DNA from: a virus
Direction: 5' to 3' (one strand)
IMG/VR virus record: IMGVR_UViG_3300010157_000047
Span: 1-64,000 of that record
DNA: 64,000 bases
Of the stretch, positions 50,801-59,687 are shown in pieces (within the stretch, counting starts at the first letter, position 1; every line of letters begins with the position of its first letter). Under the pieces are notes generated by a model, which saw nothing but the letters and a program-made list of their open reading frames with translations, ran no database searches and was not told the DNA's origin. The translations under genes were made by a program, and so were the position numbers.

Positions 50801-52876
50801 TGTGACTTCAAATTCTTTTCTTGGAACTTTAAATGATGGAGATTTTTTCTTGTCAGATTTAGTAGTATCTAATATTCTAGTATATTTTTCTCCACCAGAC
50901 TGAAATGCCTGCAATGCGCTAAATGTCAAATCAACTTCATTTAAATCATTTCTAGTTTTTCCATTATTAGATCCAAAAGATTTTAATCCGTAATTTTCTT
51001 CATATGAAAATATTCTATTAAAATTTTCACTTCCAAATCCATCTTTACCAAACATTGACAATTTACGCAATCCTATTGAATTTGCTATAGAATTTCTAAA
51101 GGATTCATTATTTAATAATTTTTTAAATAAATTATCATTAGGAGTTGGTTGATTATAATTATAGCGCATTCCATTAGATCCACTAGTTTTTACGCCAGCA
51201 AATGAATTTGAAAAATATCTATTGCTATTTTTACCTTCAATGCCAGATAAAAATCTAAATGAAGTTTGATTTAAATCATCAATAAATTTATCAACAACAG
51301 ATTCTGCAGATAAATTTTCTATTGATGATTTATTAAATTCAGACATTATTGTTGCTATAGATCCAAATACACCACTTTTTGTATGTGCCTTGTCGAATGA
51401 CCTAGCTGATAAATTATATCCATTTTTAGTACTATATAGTTCTTTATCTCCATCCTTAAGCGCATTAAATGTATCATTAGAAATTTCCACTCCAAGTTGA
51501 TTCATCATTGTTTTTGCTAAAGATTCAATATTTGAATATTTATCATCTTTAGATTTCTTGAGACTTACATCTTTTGCATTATCAATAAATTCATTTCCTA
51601 AATCATTTATATATGAAATAATTCTATCTGGATTTTCATCTAATCTAGAGGAAATTATATCTAAAGAATTAGTTATATCTGAATTCCATATTCTAGCTAC
51701 TACTTTGCCTACATTTCCACTGTTAGCATCTCCAACATTTGTTTTTGATGCATCTAATTCATTAAATGATATTTGTACAAAATTATTTCTAATTTTATTT
51801 AATGATACTTCAAATTGAATTTTTCGTTGAACACTACTATTATCCATTATATTATATACTTGATCAAATAAATTGTCTGCTGGATGTCGCTTAGATTCAT
51901 TTAATATCAATTGCTTCATACCATCAAATGTATTATCAGTACCCGAAGTAAGTGTCATTAAAACCTGCTTATATACATATGATTGGTCTAATAATTGAGA
52001 TACGCCAAGATTATTTTTACCATAATCCAATAATCCCATAAACATAGCCTTTATGCTTGTAGCTGAGAAATCTTTAGGATCTTTACCCAAAGAATCATCT
52101 GCATCAAATGTTCTTTCAGTTATATCATTTTTTTCAGTCTCCTCTAGATTTAAATTTTCTAAGTCTGCATTTTCTGAATTTAAATCAATATTAGGGGATG
52201 ATCTTAATTTCTTTTTATTTTTAGATCTAATACGTATTCCATTCAATTCCAATGAATTAACTGCTTCTTTTTGCAAAGATTGCCATGCCATAGGATCTAA
52301 TATTCTATCATAAGATCTAATTGCAGAATCATATCTATCAATCAATCTGGAATCATCTTCTGTTTTATTTTTTTTATTAGATAAGGATAATTTTCTTTGA
52401 AGTATGGTTTCTTTTAATGCACTAATATTTTCTTTTGCTTTATTAAAAATTTCTAGTAAATTAGGAGATCTATTTTCTATAAAAGCAGCAGTAACTCCAA
52501 CCAATATGCTATCTACACCAGCACGTTTTTCTGTTAAATTAAGAGTTTCTCCATTAGAGGTTTTAATTCGTGATGAAAAATCTTTTTTGGGTCTATTGTT
52601 GGATTGATCTGGGCTATATTTATAAGATAAATCTTCTTGATTCTTCATGTTATTATATGCGGAATCAAGATCTTCCTCAGATAATGATTTGAGTATAAGC
52701 TTTTTAATGTTTTCATTTAACTTTTCAAAATCGCTTATAAATGGTAATCCATTATTAGAAACATTGCCATTAGTTTTATTCCATATATAATATGCTAAAT
52801 TAATATCTCCTAATCTATTATGAAGATTTAGAAATGATTCATGATTAACATTGGGACATATTATTTTCTTTGCCAT
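44876..52876 (-). CDS. Virion-packaged RNA polymerase (crAss-like, phi14:2 gp66 type) with C-terminal HExxH domain
   Basis: 2666 aa; TDG, GMRLPNQ, catalytic TGADFDIDK (~48210-48225), IDNAK; TLLHEIHHA near 45650. Confidence 0.92.
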   Translation of the reverse strand: MAKKIICPNVNHESFLNLHNRLGDINLAYYIWNKTNGNVSNNGLPFISDFEKLNENIKKLILKSLSEEDLDSAYNNMKNQEDLSYKYSPDQSNNRPKKDFSSRIKTSNGETLNLTEKRAGVDSILVGVTAAFIENRSPNLLEIFNKAKENISALKETILQRKLSLSNKKNKTEDDSRLIDRYDSAIRSYDRILDPMAWQSLQKEAVNSLELNGIRIRSKNKKKLRSSPNIDLNSENADLENLNLEETEKNDITERTFDADDSLGKDPKDFSATSIKAMFMGLLDYGKNNLGVSQLLDQSYVYKQVLMTLTSGTDNTFDGMKQLILNESKRHPADNLFDQVYNIMDNSSVQRKIQFEVSLNKIRNNFVQISFNELDASKTNVGDANSGNVGKVVARIWNSDITNSLDIISSRLDENPDRIISYINDLGNEFIDNAKDVSLKKSKDDKYSNIESLAKTMMNQLGVEISNDTFNALKDGDKELYSTKNGYNLSARSFDKAHTKSGVFGSIATIMSEFNKSSIENLSAESVVDKFIDDLNQTSFRFLSGIEGKNSNRYFSNSFAGVKTSGSNGMRYNYNQPTPNDNLFKKLLNNESFRNSIANSIGLRKLSMFGKDGFGSENFNRIFSYEENYGLKSFGSNNGKTRNDLNEVDLTFSALQAFQSGGEKYTRILDTTKSDKKKSPSFKVPRKEFEVTYTIEAERNKIALTDFISYDNGNLIISPRAKARIMQSDLMHDSMSVIAAEIDRMIFAVTNKDNSNTTTYKNKAKELERIFGKNYIYNSQFFYSMASLNSLIDRNADGTISEKGLKKLDLSNSTNEILFKEALYKNFIESISTDISSWKANGLVVAGKGKMFTNLINYKWGVSKGYAPFITKKSKTNATVNEDEIEFDESQIDESQLDDASGEAANQLVKKSELISDEDYSYLSKILNIPENDIKLLNPFRTLQLLENSGANTKQSRKISMALKTLSGNTAFNDEMLRVLSVLSIESNMNTFSVMGNMGIIASSDPATSQQSLESKVSAVKKVLKEMNVADVNGLSINLAIDSFMNEYQKRLSADISPATDVVSTYEIKLKNGLVITGKQNYKVSFIEDALTDGEKYLSSLPEKFQKQIKQYTGKGTDGMEYVSFYNKLESLFRSGRINEKDFILMRRQYQADGTVADKYIGKLFIGAGKPRQVAHLVKSIGAESVVSKVFIKSAEIPLLAQFTKSINEDLDNLRAAMEVGYNEDPSKDIHISRIVHASAVKQGLQTPAKIYGKQSNFVTGSTVQSIYEKISQSSEELPWSSFGYQQETPTHFGDEYITNVVQADKSILGGLYDKVFNFKDFNGSNAISGENLDNIKHAINIELSKRAKANIDARLKIDGKYDIDSIVDRSIKADSGVSNNEAHSLVSVNKSGLPLLWSHGRKLIEQFLFSANGDAIKLDRPGRANPQFSLVGGGKVKVMSSKAGNDVVWLNGRDASKPLGYTTVKTMENGELVTTATAEIIVPFDFVSMGGKLSIEDVNKIDPELLKIIGMRLPNQLHQSQVLFQIVGFSPKLMGTVCFVPQEIVTQTGADFDIDKLYQYWRNSFLTKDNRLVGTPSNLISYTEDGDIIINNDNVNSFINDNFEDENKPDFNTVVEKALQNDYIQIFESVLSHPEVAQSALEALDAPDLKNTGNKYFSINPKSPWYSIARQNEEYRLQQSANSGIDIYAKLMSSVILADRKDIKFDPKKSIKKLRAPGGSNGLELHLINPYSTSTIGDEERTSLRNIVILLSESIDNAKNGNLIPNGLNDLTFNIAATLMILSDDQNNSLSLEYVPAILNQEIVKMSSKIESNSKGIISEIKNIEIGQSVLRAKQKLADKLGVKLSDAQSISDKMKSLNYDESELFEIYNLGQKLLGNVDALYDEKLEYLTKQIDIIDNIFMPLSKMSKKIFALNNNTSFDREFKTSSIANSKLLESINHGNNNLGLANSQKYTQTLNGRLNTTGNNLATAKGVVNEIDSVMGYDDPAIKSIISKLSAYNKMNSNDYSNFVSSAIDGYKTYIFTKVVTEEYGVKANINQLGKYLARDVRLLQKNNKYKNNKFIRSISINKSNTHISFNADMINNADMEAAIDGFYDMAKSQDEKIRKIAQGIIFYELLTNGNKTRSGFIKIIPTDILNDIEFYNKLAKKVNENNSDASVNEFINLFYRNNPQYQHEINSFVSNQDVKFKSMPSNFNDKIGKYIVSVGPKFSLANIPLFIKSSEKSKHNNIYVYSGYAKDGGSYVAYYTKSDHSILRGSAKIMAENKLKQSGKLFDNSFFSDYVSDNISKEYYIGGTTDIDSFSEDFTIAKTFFLKMLSEQSNIRSLVPIIRQIGTTYSDWMSAIIDKLSDKIGDINVIHSDEIKESGDIAEFNITKGKKQIIIYTKMLSKMTDQTGSIDFAKETLLHEIHHAIMVESYNLGKSGDKQFAEIANSVDKIFSDATDAVSELPIVNPVNGSILEYEGNQLIYGTFVKKGKIKYKLKSGKSTNSISEIAADLYGSDEDAKAELKRSLYMFISPEEFISELSSRQHIQELMNNVYLKDETYKELKVKKNKSLLETLFSKFSSFFDSIVKFFNGDSVNSKSILEAAMLQNMLLTSELMDTRDSKKKDIIKKDISSKYQSIEENNSQGLSGTVRDFLGKASQIERESFRYALNHNIFKTKCS

Positions 52877-52882
52877 ATTATA

Positions 52883-55800
52883 TTATTTAATACAATTTAA
52901 TAAATTATCTTCACCTTCACTCTGTTCAGTACTATCTATATTATCATCAATACTTATTGATTTTGAAAATCCATAATCAGTAACAGATGATTTAACATTA
53001 TCTGAAAATAAATCATTATCTGCATCTTCAGTATAACTAGAGTCAGATGATGTGTTAATGCTTCCTGCAAGAAAATCGGGTATTTGCATAATAATGTTGT
53101 CTTCATCGATAATAGTAGGAGCCTGAGTTTCCCCAGGCTCACTAGCTTTTAGCACTTGCCTTTTTTCTTTGTTGGCATTGCTGGTTGGAACGGTTTTTTT
53201 GTTACTTGCTTTTTCATTGCTTTTTGATTTTAATCGTGAAACACTAGAACCTGTTGTTAAGATTATATTAGACGTATGTATGGCTCTTTCTAAACTTGAA
53301 GTTATTATTAATGGAGTAGCGCCTATTTGCTTGCCAAGATCGGCAGCCTGAGATTCACCAAGTTTTGTTAATTTAGTATCATCTGATCTAAAATTATTCT
53401 TTTTATTATCTTCTGTTTCTCCATGCCTTGCAATATTTAAAATACCATTATCACTATTTATTTTAAATGATGCACCAGTATTGCTATCTAATTTTATATA
53501 TTCTTTTCTAAAATTTTCATCAAATTTAGATGGTCTACCCATTGAATCCCATAGCCTAATAAGTCCAAATGCAGTATTATGAGTTACAATAGTAGAATTA
53601 TTAGGAGCAGATTTAATTGCTTTAATTAATGATGATTTAACTCTATGTGCAAATGTATTAAATGATTCACCTCCATGTATTGCATCATTAGGATGATTAA
53701 GAATCATGTCGTTAACTTCATCAATTATATCTTGATTTTGATCAGTACCTACTAAATCTCCTAAATCAAATGTTTTAAGATTATCATCAGGAGTAATATT
53801 ATTTGATATTGGAGAAATAGTTTCTTTAGATCCAATTTGATCATCAACACTAAACTCTAATACTGGTTGTAAAAAATATACATTTTTCTCAGATTCACCT
53901 GATCCAATTTTTCCAGCAGCTTTAAAATTAATTGATCTACTTTTCATATAAAAATCACTAATAGATTTTGCTAATTCAGAATGACTTAAATCGTCATTTA
54001 TAATTACTACGCTATTAGGTACGCTTTTATGATAATCATTCTTGAGATGCTCACGACTAAAATTGCTTTTCATTCCAGCAAAATCTGATACTAATAAATT
54101 TGCTAGCTCAGTGCTAATTTTTTCATTTTCATTTATAATTTTACGCTTACCATTACTCGACCATGTTAAATAAAACTTACCATTATTTTTTGTTGAATAC
54201 CCTAAATTAGCCTGAGCCAATTTATGATCACTGATCCAAACAAATTGAGATAAATACTCTCTAAGACCAGCTCGTCGTATCCTTCTCATGCCATCATCGG
54301 TAGATTCATTCATTGGAGCATTTTTTCTATCATGCCATCTGGCACCAAGATCATATAATATATCTTTAGTATTCTGAGATTGAAATAATGATATTGCATT
54401 TAATATTGAAGATGCATTTTGTACTCCAACACCATTATCAATAGCCACCTCTGGAGATAATAATCCATTTGCAGTTGGAACCATAACAACTGGAACACCA
54501 TTTTCTAATTCAGTTCTAATAGAATCAGGTACTTGATTTCCATCTATACCAACTGCTTCTCCTCCTTCAATAGTTGCCCATAATCTGCTTGGATCTCCAG
54601 TGTATTTAGCTACATCTAATGCTAAATCAGGAGCATTATCCATAATCATTCCAGCAGTTTCAGTTGCCATGACTGTACCAGCTCCTACAGCAGTTATTTT
54701 AGATTGTATATTAAATGTTTTATTTCCTTTATTGAATTGCTTTTTAAATTCTTCCCTTAATTGCTTTATCTCTTCAACTTTAGCTCTAATAGTTTTTTCG
54801 TCTTCAACTTCTGCTATATGGGTTCTAGATCCAGAATCATCCTTTTCATTAAGCCACATATGCTCTGGAAGATATCCAATTAAATCTTTTTTGCCATTAG
54901 ATAATATATATATAGCAATTGGCATTTCAAATTTATTTGCATCACCATATTGCTTATTGTCCTTAGCGGCTTCTTCTGCAGATATAGTTTTTGTTTTCAT
55001 TGTTCCATCTGCATTCATAATTGGTCTACCGCTGCTATTTCTTGCTATCGATGGAATTGGACCATCGGCAATCTCCATAACTATATCTGCATGTTCAGTA
55101 AATTCTATATCTGAATTTTTTAGAAACTGATTATTAACGCCTTCTGGCTTGTTTTTCATTACCCATAAATCACCAACCTTAACAAATGAATATTTCAATG
55201 CAAGGTAATTAACGGCAATAGCATTTATTCTTTTTTTACCAGATGACAGCGTTTTATCTTGAATATCTTTTTTTATAATAGTGGCTTTAGATCTTCTATC
55301 ATTAAGATTAGATCTAGCATTTGATTTTTCCTCAACTGAATTAGATATAACTTCTTGGGCTTTTTCAGATGCAGTATATACGCCACGTTTTCTATATTCA
55401 GATTCAATATCTACATTTTCGCCATTATCAATTCTATCTAATACATCTTGAACCGTATTAATGTCTACTTTAAAATTGCCAATAGTTAGAGTTACGGGAC
55501 TCTTAGCATCAGCAAATTTATTATCTATATTAGATAACTTTCCAGTTCCAAAATCTTTTTCTGAAGATAAACCTTCTCTATAGGATTCTATTGAATTATT
55601 TAATCTAACTGCTCTTTGCGATATATCAAATAAAGCATCATCATCTGAAGTAGCTTTCTTAATATAATTTAAATTTAATTTACTTCCAGTAGGATTAGGC
55701 TCTAATGAAAAATATCTATCATCAGATTTCTTAGCTCCTTCTTCTTTGAATAAATGGATAGATGGATTTTCATAGTCAAAATTATCCCCAGTAATATCTT

Positions 55801-57973
55801 TAAATGATTTATCAGATATTTGAGTTTGAGATCTTCCTCTCTCAACTATATTGCCATCTTCATCTTCAGTTTTAATGCCAGACAATCCAAATATATCATG
55901 AATAGATTGATTATTTGTACCTTTAATTAATGGTATAATTGGTTTATCTAATGATGGTATTTCTTTAGTGATAATATTATTAATTATTTTTTTATCGCTA
56001 AATGGCGTCTCATCAATAACAATAGGCTCAGTTTCCGTAGATACAGTATCTGATAAATCTGATATTTTCTTTTCGTCTATATCAGATTTAATTTCTTCTG
56101 CCTTAGCTTTTCTAGCCTCTTTAAATTTATTTTGAGTTTCATCAGATGTAGCTTGTTTATATTGATCATTGATTGCTTCTAGAATAACATTAGCACTTGC
56201 TTTTTGTTCCTCTAAATTTTTTGTCATCTTTGTAATATTTTCCTCATTTACAGTGCCATCTGGATTTGTATTTTGAGGAAGATTTCTTATGTCTGCAATT
56301 TTTGCATCAATATCATTTATATTATTTCTTACTGCCTCCATCCCAACTATTGATGATAATATCTCTTTAGCATTTTCTTTACCAGCAATTCCAGAATTAT
56401 TTGCTAATTTAGATATAGATTCTAATGCATCAATAGCAGATTTTGCTCTTTGTTTTTCTGCATCAGATTTATTTTTATCATCCAAAATATTTTTTAATAT
56501 ATCTATTTTAGCATTTGTAGATGACATATTGATAGGACCATTTTCTTCGGAGTTAACTGCATCATGAGCAATAGATGAAGCTGCAAATTCATTAGCAAAT
56601 CCATCTGGATCTTGATCTATATCAGTATTTGGATCTTCTATATAATTATTTACATCTTTAATATGTTGATATGATGAATCAAATTTATCTATAACAGATT
56701 TCTTGCCATTAAGACCAGCTGCATCTTTTAGATCCTTAATAGCACTTTTAATTTTTGTAGTTACAGGTTCTACTTGTGGAACTACACCATGAGTGACAAT
56801 AGTGCTTCCTGCGCCACCCAATCCACCAAGCATCATTGATTCAAGACCCTGAGTTTCACCAAGTCTGCCAATAGATCTAGTTAGATCATATTTATATTTA
56901 TCTTCTTGTTCGCCTTTTAATGCAGCTTCTGTTTGTGCTATATAATTTATACCTTCTTCTAGTGCTTCTTGTCCAGTCTCTGCTAATATTGTTTTACCAA
57001 ATCCACCAAATGCTTTTTCAATTGCACCTCTAGCACCAGTAAATAATCCAGCAGAAGATATATTTGAGAAAAAATTTAATCTATTAATATTCAAACTTAC
57101 ATCAACAGCATCAGAAGCTTTTTGCTTTGCTTCAGAATCTGAGTATCCTTGATCTAATTTCATTTTATATACCTGATCATATGATGAAATACCTTCCATT
57201 ATATTTTCAGATTGATTCATTGCAGCTGCATTTATTAATGTTGGTGCAGCATATAGTTTTTTAGATACATAATTTTCAATAAATGCAGGAGCATCTTTTT
57301 CAGCTAATTCACCTGTATTAATTAATTTTAATGCTTTAGCTTTAGCAGATCCTTCAAGAGCTGCAATTCCAGCCTCACCAGCAATAGCTTTAGCAGCACC
57401 CGATAGTAATCCACCAGTTACCCATCCAGATAGCGCAAATGCGCCTACTGAGTTGGCTAATTGAGATATATTATCCCATACATATCCAGAGTCTCCAAAA
57501 TCAAATGATTTTCCTGCATTCTTATGATATATAGGCAATGCATTATTTATAGAATTCATTAATGAATTAGTTGTTTTTTCAATTGGATTTCCAAATTCAT
57601 TATCAACATTGTAATAATCTTCAAGATCAACTGATGATGCTAAATTACCGACAGCACCAAGAACCGCATTAGGTAAAAATCTTAAAGCAGTATTTAATGC
57701 TTGCTCTCCACCAGATTGACCTTGAGCCCTAATTTGATTAATATTCGCATCAGGGCTAAGCAATGCTGGAGAAGGTATATAATTAGTATATTTACCAATA
57801 TAATCTACTCCAGTATTATTAGAGTATTTTATTGGAGACGATAGAGCCGGTGCCGAAAATTGTTCATCCTGTTTAAATACTGGATTGCCAGATGCATCAG
57901 TTTCCGTTAATGATTTATTCTCTAATTGAGCTGCTCTATTTTGCTCATATAATTTAGATATTGAATCTGGCAT
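52883..57973 (-). CDS. Large virion/ejected protein with C-terminal histidine-phosphatase domain
   Basis: 1696 aa; EALEEG..Y, GGLGGAG amphipathic stretches; RHGET, SSLERA, GGES...VTH. Confidence 0.8.
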   Translation of the reverse strand: MPDSISKLYEQNRAAQLENKSLTETDASGNPVFKQDEQFSAPALSSPIKYSNNTGVDYIGKYTNYIPSPALLSPDANINQIRAQGQSGGEQALNTALRFLPNAVLGAVGNLASSVDLEDYYNVDNEFGNPIEKTTNSLMNSINNALPIYHKNAGKSFDFGDSGYVWDNISQLANSVGAFALSGWVTGGLLSGAAKAIAGEAGIAALEGSAKAKALKLINTGELAEKDAPAFIENYVSKKLYAAPTLINAAAMNQSENIMEGISSYDQVYKMKLDQGYSDSEAKQKASDAVDVSLNINRLNFFSNISSAGLFTGARGAIEKAFGGFGKTILAETGQEALEEGINYIAQTEAALKGEQEDKYKYDLTRSIGRLGETQGLESMMLGGLGGAGSTIVTHGVVPQVEPVTTKIKSAIKDLKDAAGLNGKKSVIDKFDSSYQHIKDVNNYIEDPNTDIDQDPDGFANEFAASSIAHDAVNSEENGPINMSSTNAKIDILKNILDDKNKSDAEKQRAKSAIDALESISKLANNSGIAGKENAKEILSSIVGMEAVRNNINDIDAKIADIRNLPQNTNPDGTVNEENITKMTKNLEEQKASANVILEAINDQYKQATSDETQNKFKEARKAKAEEIKSDIDEKKISDLSDTVSTETEPIVIDETPFSDKKIINNIITKEIPSLDKPIIPLIKGTNNQSIHDIFGLSGIKTEDEDGNIVERGRSQTQISDKSFKDITGDNFDYENPSIHLFKEEGAKKSDDRYFSLEPNPTGSKLNLNYIKKATSDDDALFDISQRAVRLNNSIESYREGLSSEKDFGTGKLSNIDNKFADAKSPVTLTIGNFKVDINTVQDVLDRIDNGENVDIESEYRKRGVYTASEKAQEVISNSVEEKSNARSNLNDRRSKATIIKKDIQDKTLSSGKKRINAIAVNYLALKYSFVKVGDLWVMKNKPEGVNNQFLKNSDIEFTEHADIVMEIADGPIPSIARNSSGRPIMNADGTMKTKTISAEEAAKDNKQYGDANKFEMPIAIYILSNGKKDLIGYLPEHMWLNEKDDSGSRTHIAEVEDEKTIRAKVEEIKQLREEFKKQFNKGNKTFNIQSKITAVGAGTVMATETAGMIMDNAPDLALDVAKYTGDPSRLWATIEGGEAVGIDGNQVPDSIRTELENGVPVVMVPTANGLLSPEVAIDNGVGVQNASSILNAISLFQSQNTKDILYDLGARWHDRKNAPMNESTDDGMRRIRRAGLREYLSQFVWISDHKLAQANLGYSTKNNGKFYLTWSSNGKRKIINENEKISTELANLLVSDFAGMKSNFSREHLKNDYHKSVPNSVVIINDDLSHSELAKSISDFYMKSRSINFKAAGKIGSGESEKNVYFLQPVLEFSVDDQIGSKETISPISNNITPDDNLKTFDLGDLVGTDQNQDIIDEVNDMILNHPNDAIHGGESFNTFAHRVKSSLIKAIKSAPNNSTIVTHNTAFGLIRLWDSMGRPSKFDENFRKEYIKLDSNTGASFKINSDNGILNIARHGETEDNKKNNFRSDDTKLTKLGESQAADLGKQIGATPLIITSSLERAIHTSNIILTTGSSVSRLKSKSNEKASNKKTVPTSNANKEKRQVLKASEPGETQAPTIIDEDNIIMQIPDFLAGSINTSSDSSYTEDADNDLFSDNVKSSVTDYGFSKSISIDDNIDSTEQSEGEDNLLNCIK

Positions 57974-59628
57974 TATTTATTACGTTTTGATTTATAGTAA
58001 TTACTCAATAAATATTCAATATTGCTTATTGCTTGCTTATCATTTTCCGAAGAACCCTCGTGATTATATAAAACTTTCATGGAATTAATAGATGCCTCAA
58101 GCAATCTATCTGTTGGTAATACATTTATATCTTTAGTAACTTTACCTTTTCCTCCGCTATCCAATGTTACTCTAAGAGTCATAATTGGTTTACCAGTTCC
58201 ATCAACTTGTCTAATTTTACTAGATGGATCATAGGCAGACATTCCTTGTGCTGCAATGCCAACAACCTTTACATCATCAACAGATGATTCTTGTTTTTGA
58301 ATTTTAGTTAAAATATCTTTACTATTATCATCATAAGCATTGGCAACTAGCTCTCCGTTTCGTACGGCATTTTCAGCCAAATTATGTGTTGAATTATGAG
58401 CTCTCCAATAAACATCCTTAGCATTTGATTCTCCAAGTTTCCCTATTTCATCGTCATCAAAACTAATTCTTTGAAGAGTATTAAAGAAAGGATTTTCTTT
58501 TATCATTTCTTTAAGTTGTGCTTGCTTATTATATAATCCTTCTGGATCATTTACAACTGATGAATGGATCATGCCAGATGCTGCTGACCCAGATGATGCT
58601 GCTTGATTTTGAATTTCCTCTGGAGTATATGGCCTAGATAATGTCTTTAATTTCTCTTGCATTTTTGTGTAATCATACTTGCCGTCTGTTAATTGCATAG
58701 TTGCTTTATTAAGCTCATTAAGCATTCCTGGATGCTTTGATGCTAAATCTAGCATATCATCACTAGGTACAATTCCCAGTGGAACATCTTCCATCTTTAA
58801 AAAATTACCAGTTAATTTATTGCTTTCAGGTTTATTTTTATCTTTAATATATCCAGGAGGAAGATTATGTAATTGAGTTCCCCCTACAACAGATGTCATT
58901 ATACCACTCCTAATTGCATTTGCAACATCAGGATTAGATGGGTCAGTCCCAGCTGCAGATGCTGCTAATTGAGTTTGTGAATCAACCCAGCTTTTAAATT
59001 TTGGATCAGATTGATATGATGCCATTGCTTCATCTGCATTCTTAAAGCCTTTGGTAACTTCTAGCATATCATACTCATTAGGCTCTGCTTTTGTATTTCC
59101 AGTGGCCCATTCACTTCCAATCTTTGCGCCATGAGCAATTAATCTATCTCTATCTACAGATTGATGTGGTTCAAATGCTTTAGATTTGCTCCACTCATCA
59201 TATCCAATATCTAATGGATTTCTACCAATAACAATTTTACTTGGATCTGATTTATCTTTTAAATATTGTTGATACATCTGCTGTCTCTGTACTGCAAAAT
59301 TTTCTTGAGGCTTAACTTCTTGCATAAAAATCTTTCTAAGATTTCTAGCTTTATCAATTGCTTGAGGAGTAGCACCTTCTTTTGCAATAGAGTTTAATGT
59401 TTGTTGATATTGATCATTAAACTTATCAGTAGTTGCACCCTTATCGCCAAGCATTGCTTTTAACGTAGAATTAGACTCATTCATGGCATCTAACTGCCCA
59501 GTAAGCTCTTGCTCCCTCTGATGCATTATCTGTGGAGCATAAGCCATTTCCTGCATACTCATTGGAGAGTATGTTGCTAATGGCATTGGTGCTTCTTGTT
59601 GTCCGTTCCAATATCTATTTTGATCCAT
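57973..59628 (-). CDS. Virion cargo protein
   Basis: 551-aa helical ORF in the cargo block. Confidence 0.65.
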   Translation of the reverse strand: MDQNRYWNGQQEAPMPLATYSPMSMQEMAYAPQIMHQREQELTGQLDAMNESNSTLKAMLGDKGATTDKFNDQYQQTLNSIAKEGATPQAIDKARNLRKIFMQEVKPQENFAVQRQQMYQQYLKDKSDPSKIVIGRNPLDIGYDEWSKSKAFEPHQSVDRDRLIAHGAKIGSEWATGNTKAEPNEYDMLEVTKGFKNADEAMASYQSDPKFKSWVDSQTQLAASAAGTDPSNPDVANAIRSGIMTSVVGGTQLHNLPPGYIKDKNKPESNKLTGNFLKMEDVPLGIVPSDDMLDLASKHPGMLNELNKATMQLTDGKYDYTKMQEKLKTLSRPYTPEEIQNQAASSGSAASGMIHSSVVNDPEGLYNKQAQLKEMIKENPFFNTLQRISFDDDEIGKLGESNAKDVYWRAHNSTHNLAENAVRNGELVANAYDDNSKDILTKIQKQESSVDDVKVVGIAAQGMSAYDPSSKIRQVDGTGKPIMTLRVTLDSGGKGKVTKDINVLPTDRLLEASINSMKVLYNHEGSSENDKQAISNIEYLLSNYYKSKRNK

Positions 59629-59643
59629 GTTGTTTATTTTTCA

Positions 59644-59674
59644 CAAAAGTAACTATGATTTATTTAATAATCAA
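59644..59674 (-). promoter_or_regulatory. Bacteroidota sigma70-type late promoter
   Basis: Minus strand TTG-N20-TACTTTTG, 16 nt before the ATG at 59628. Confidence 0.6.
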
Positions 59675-59687
59675 TATATTAATGTAA

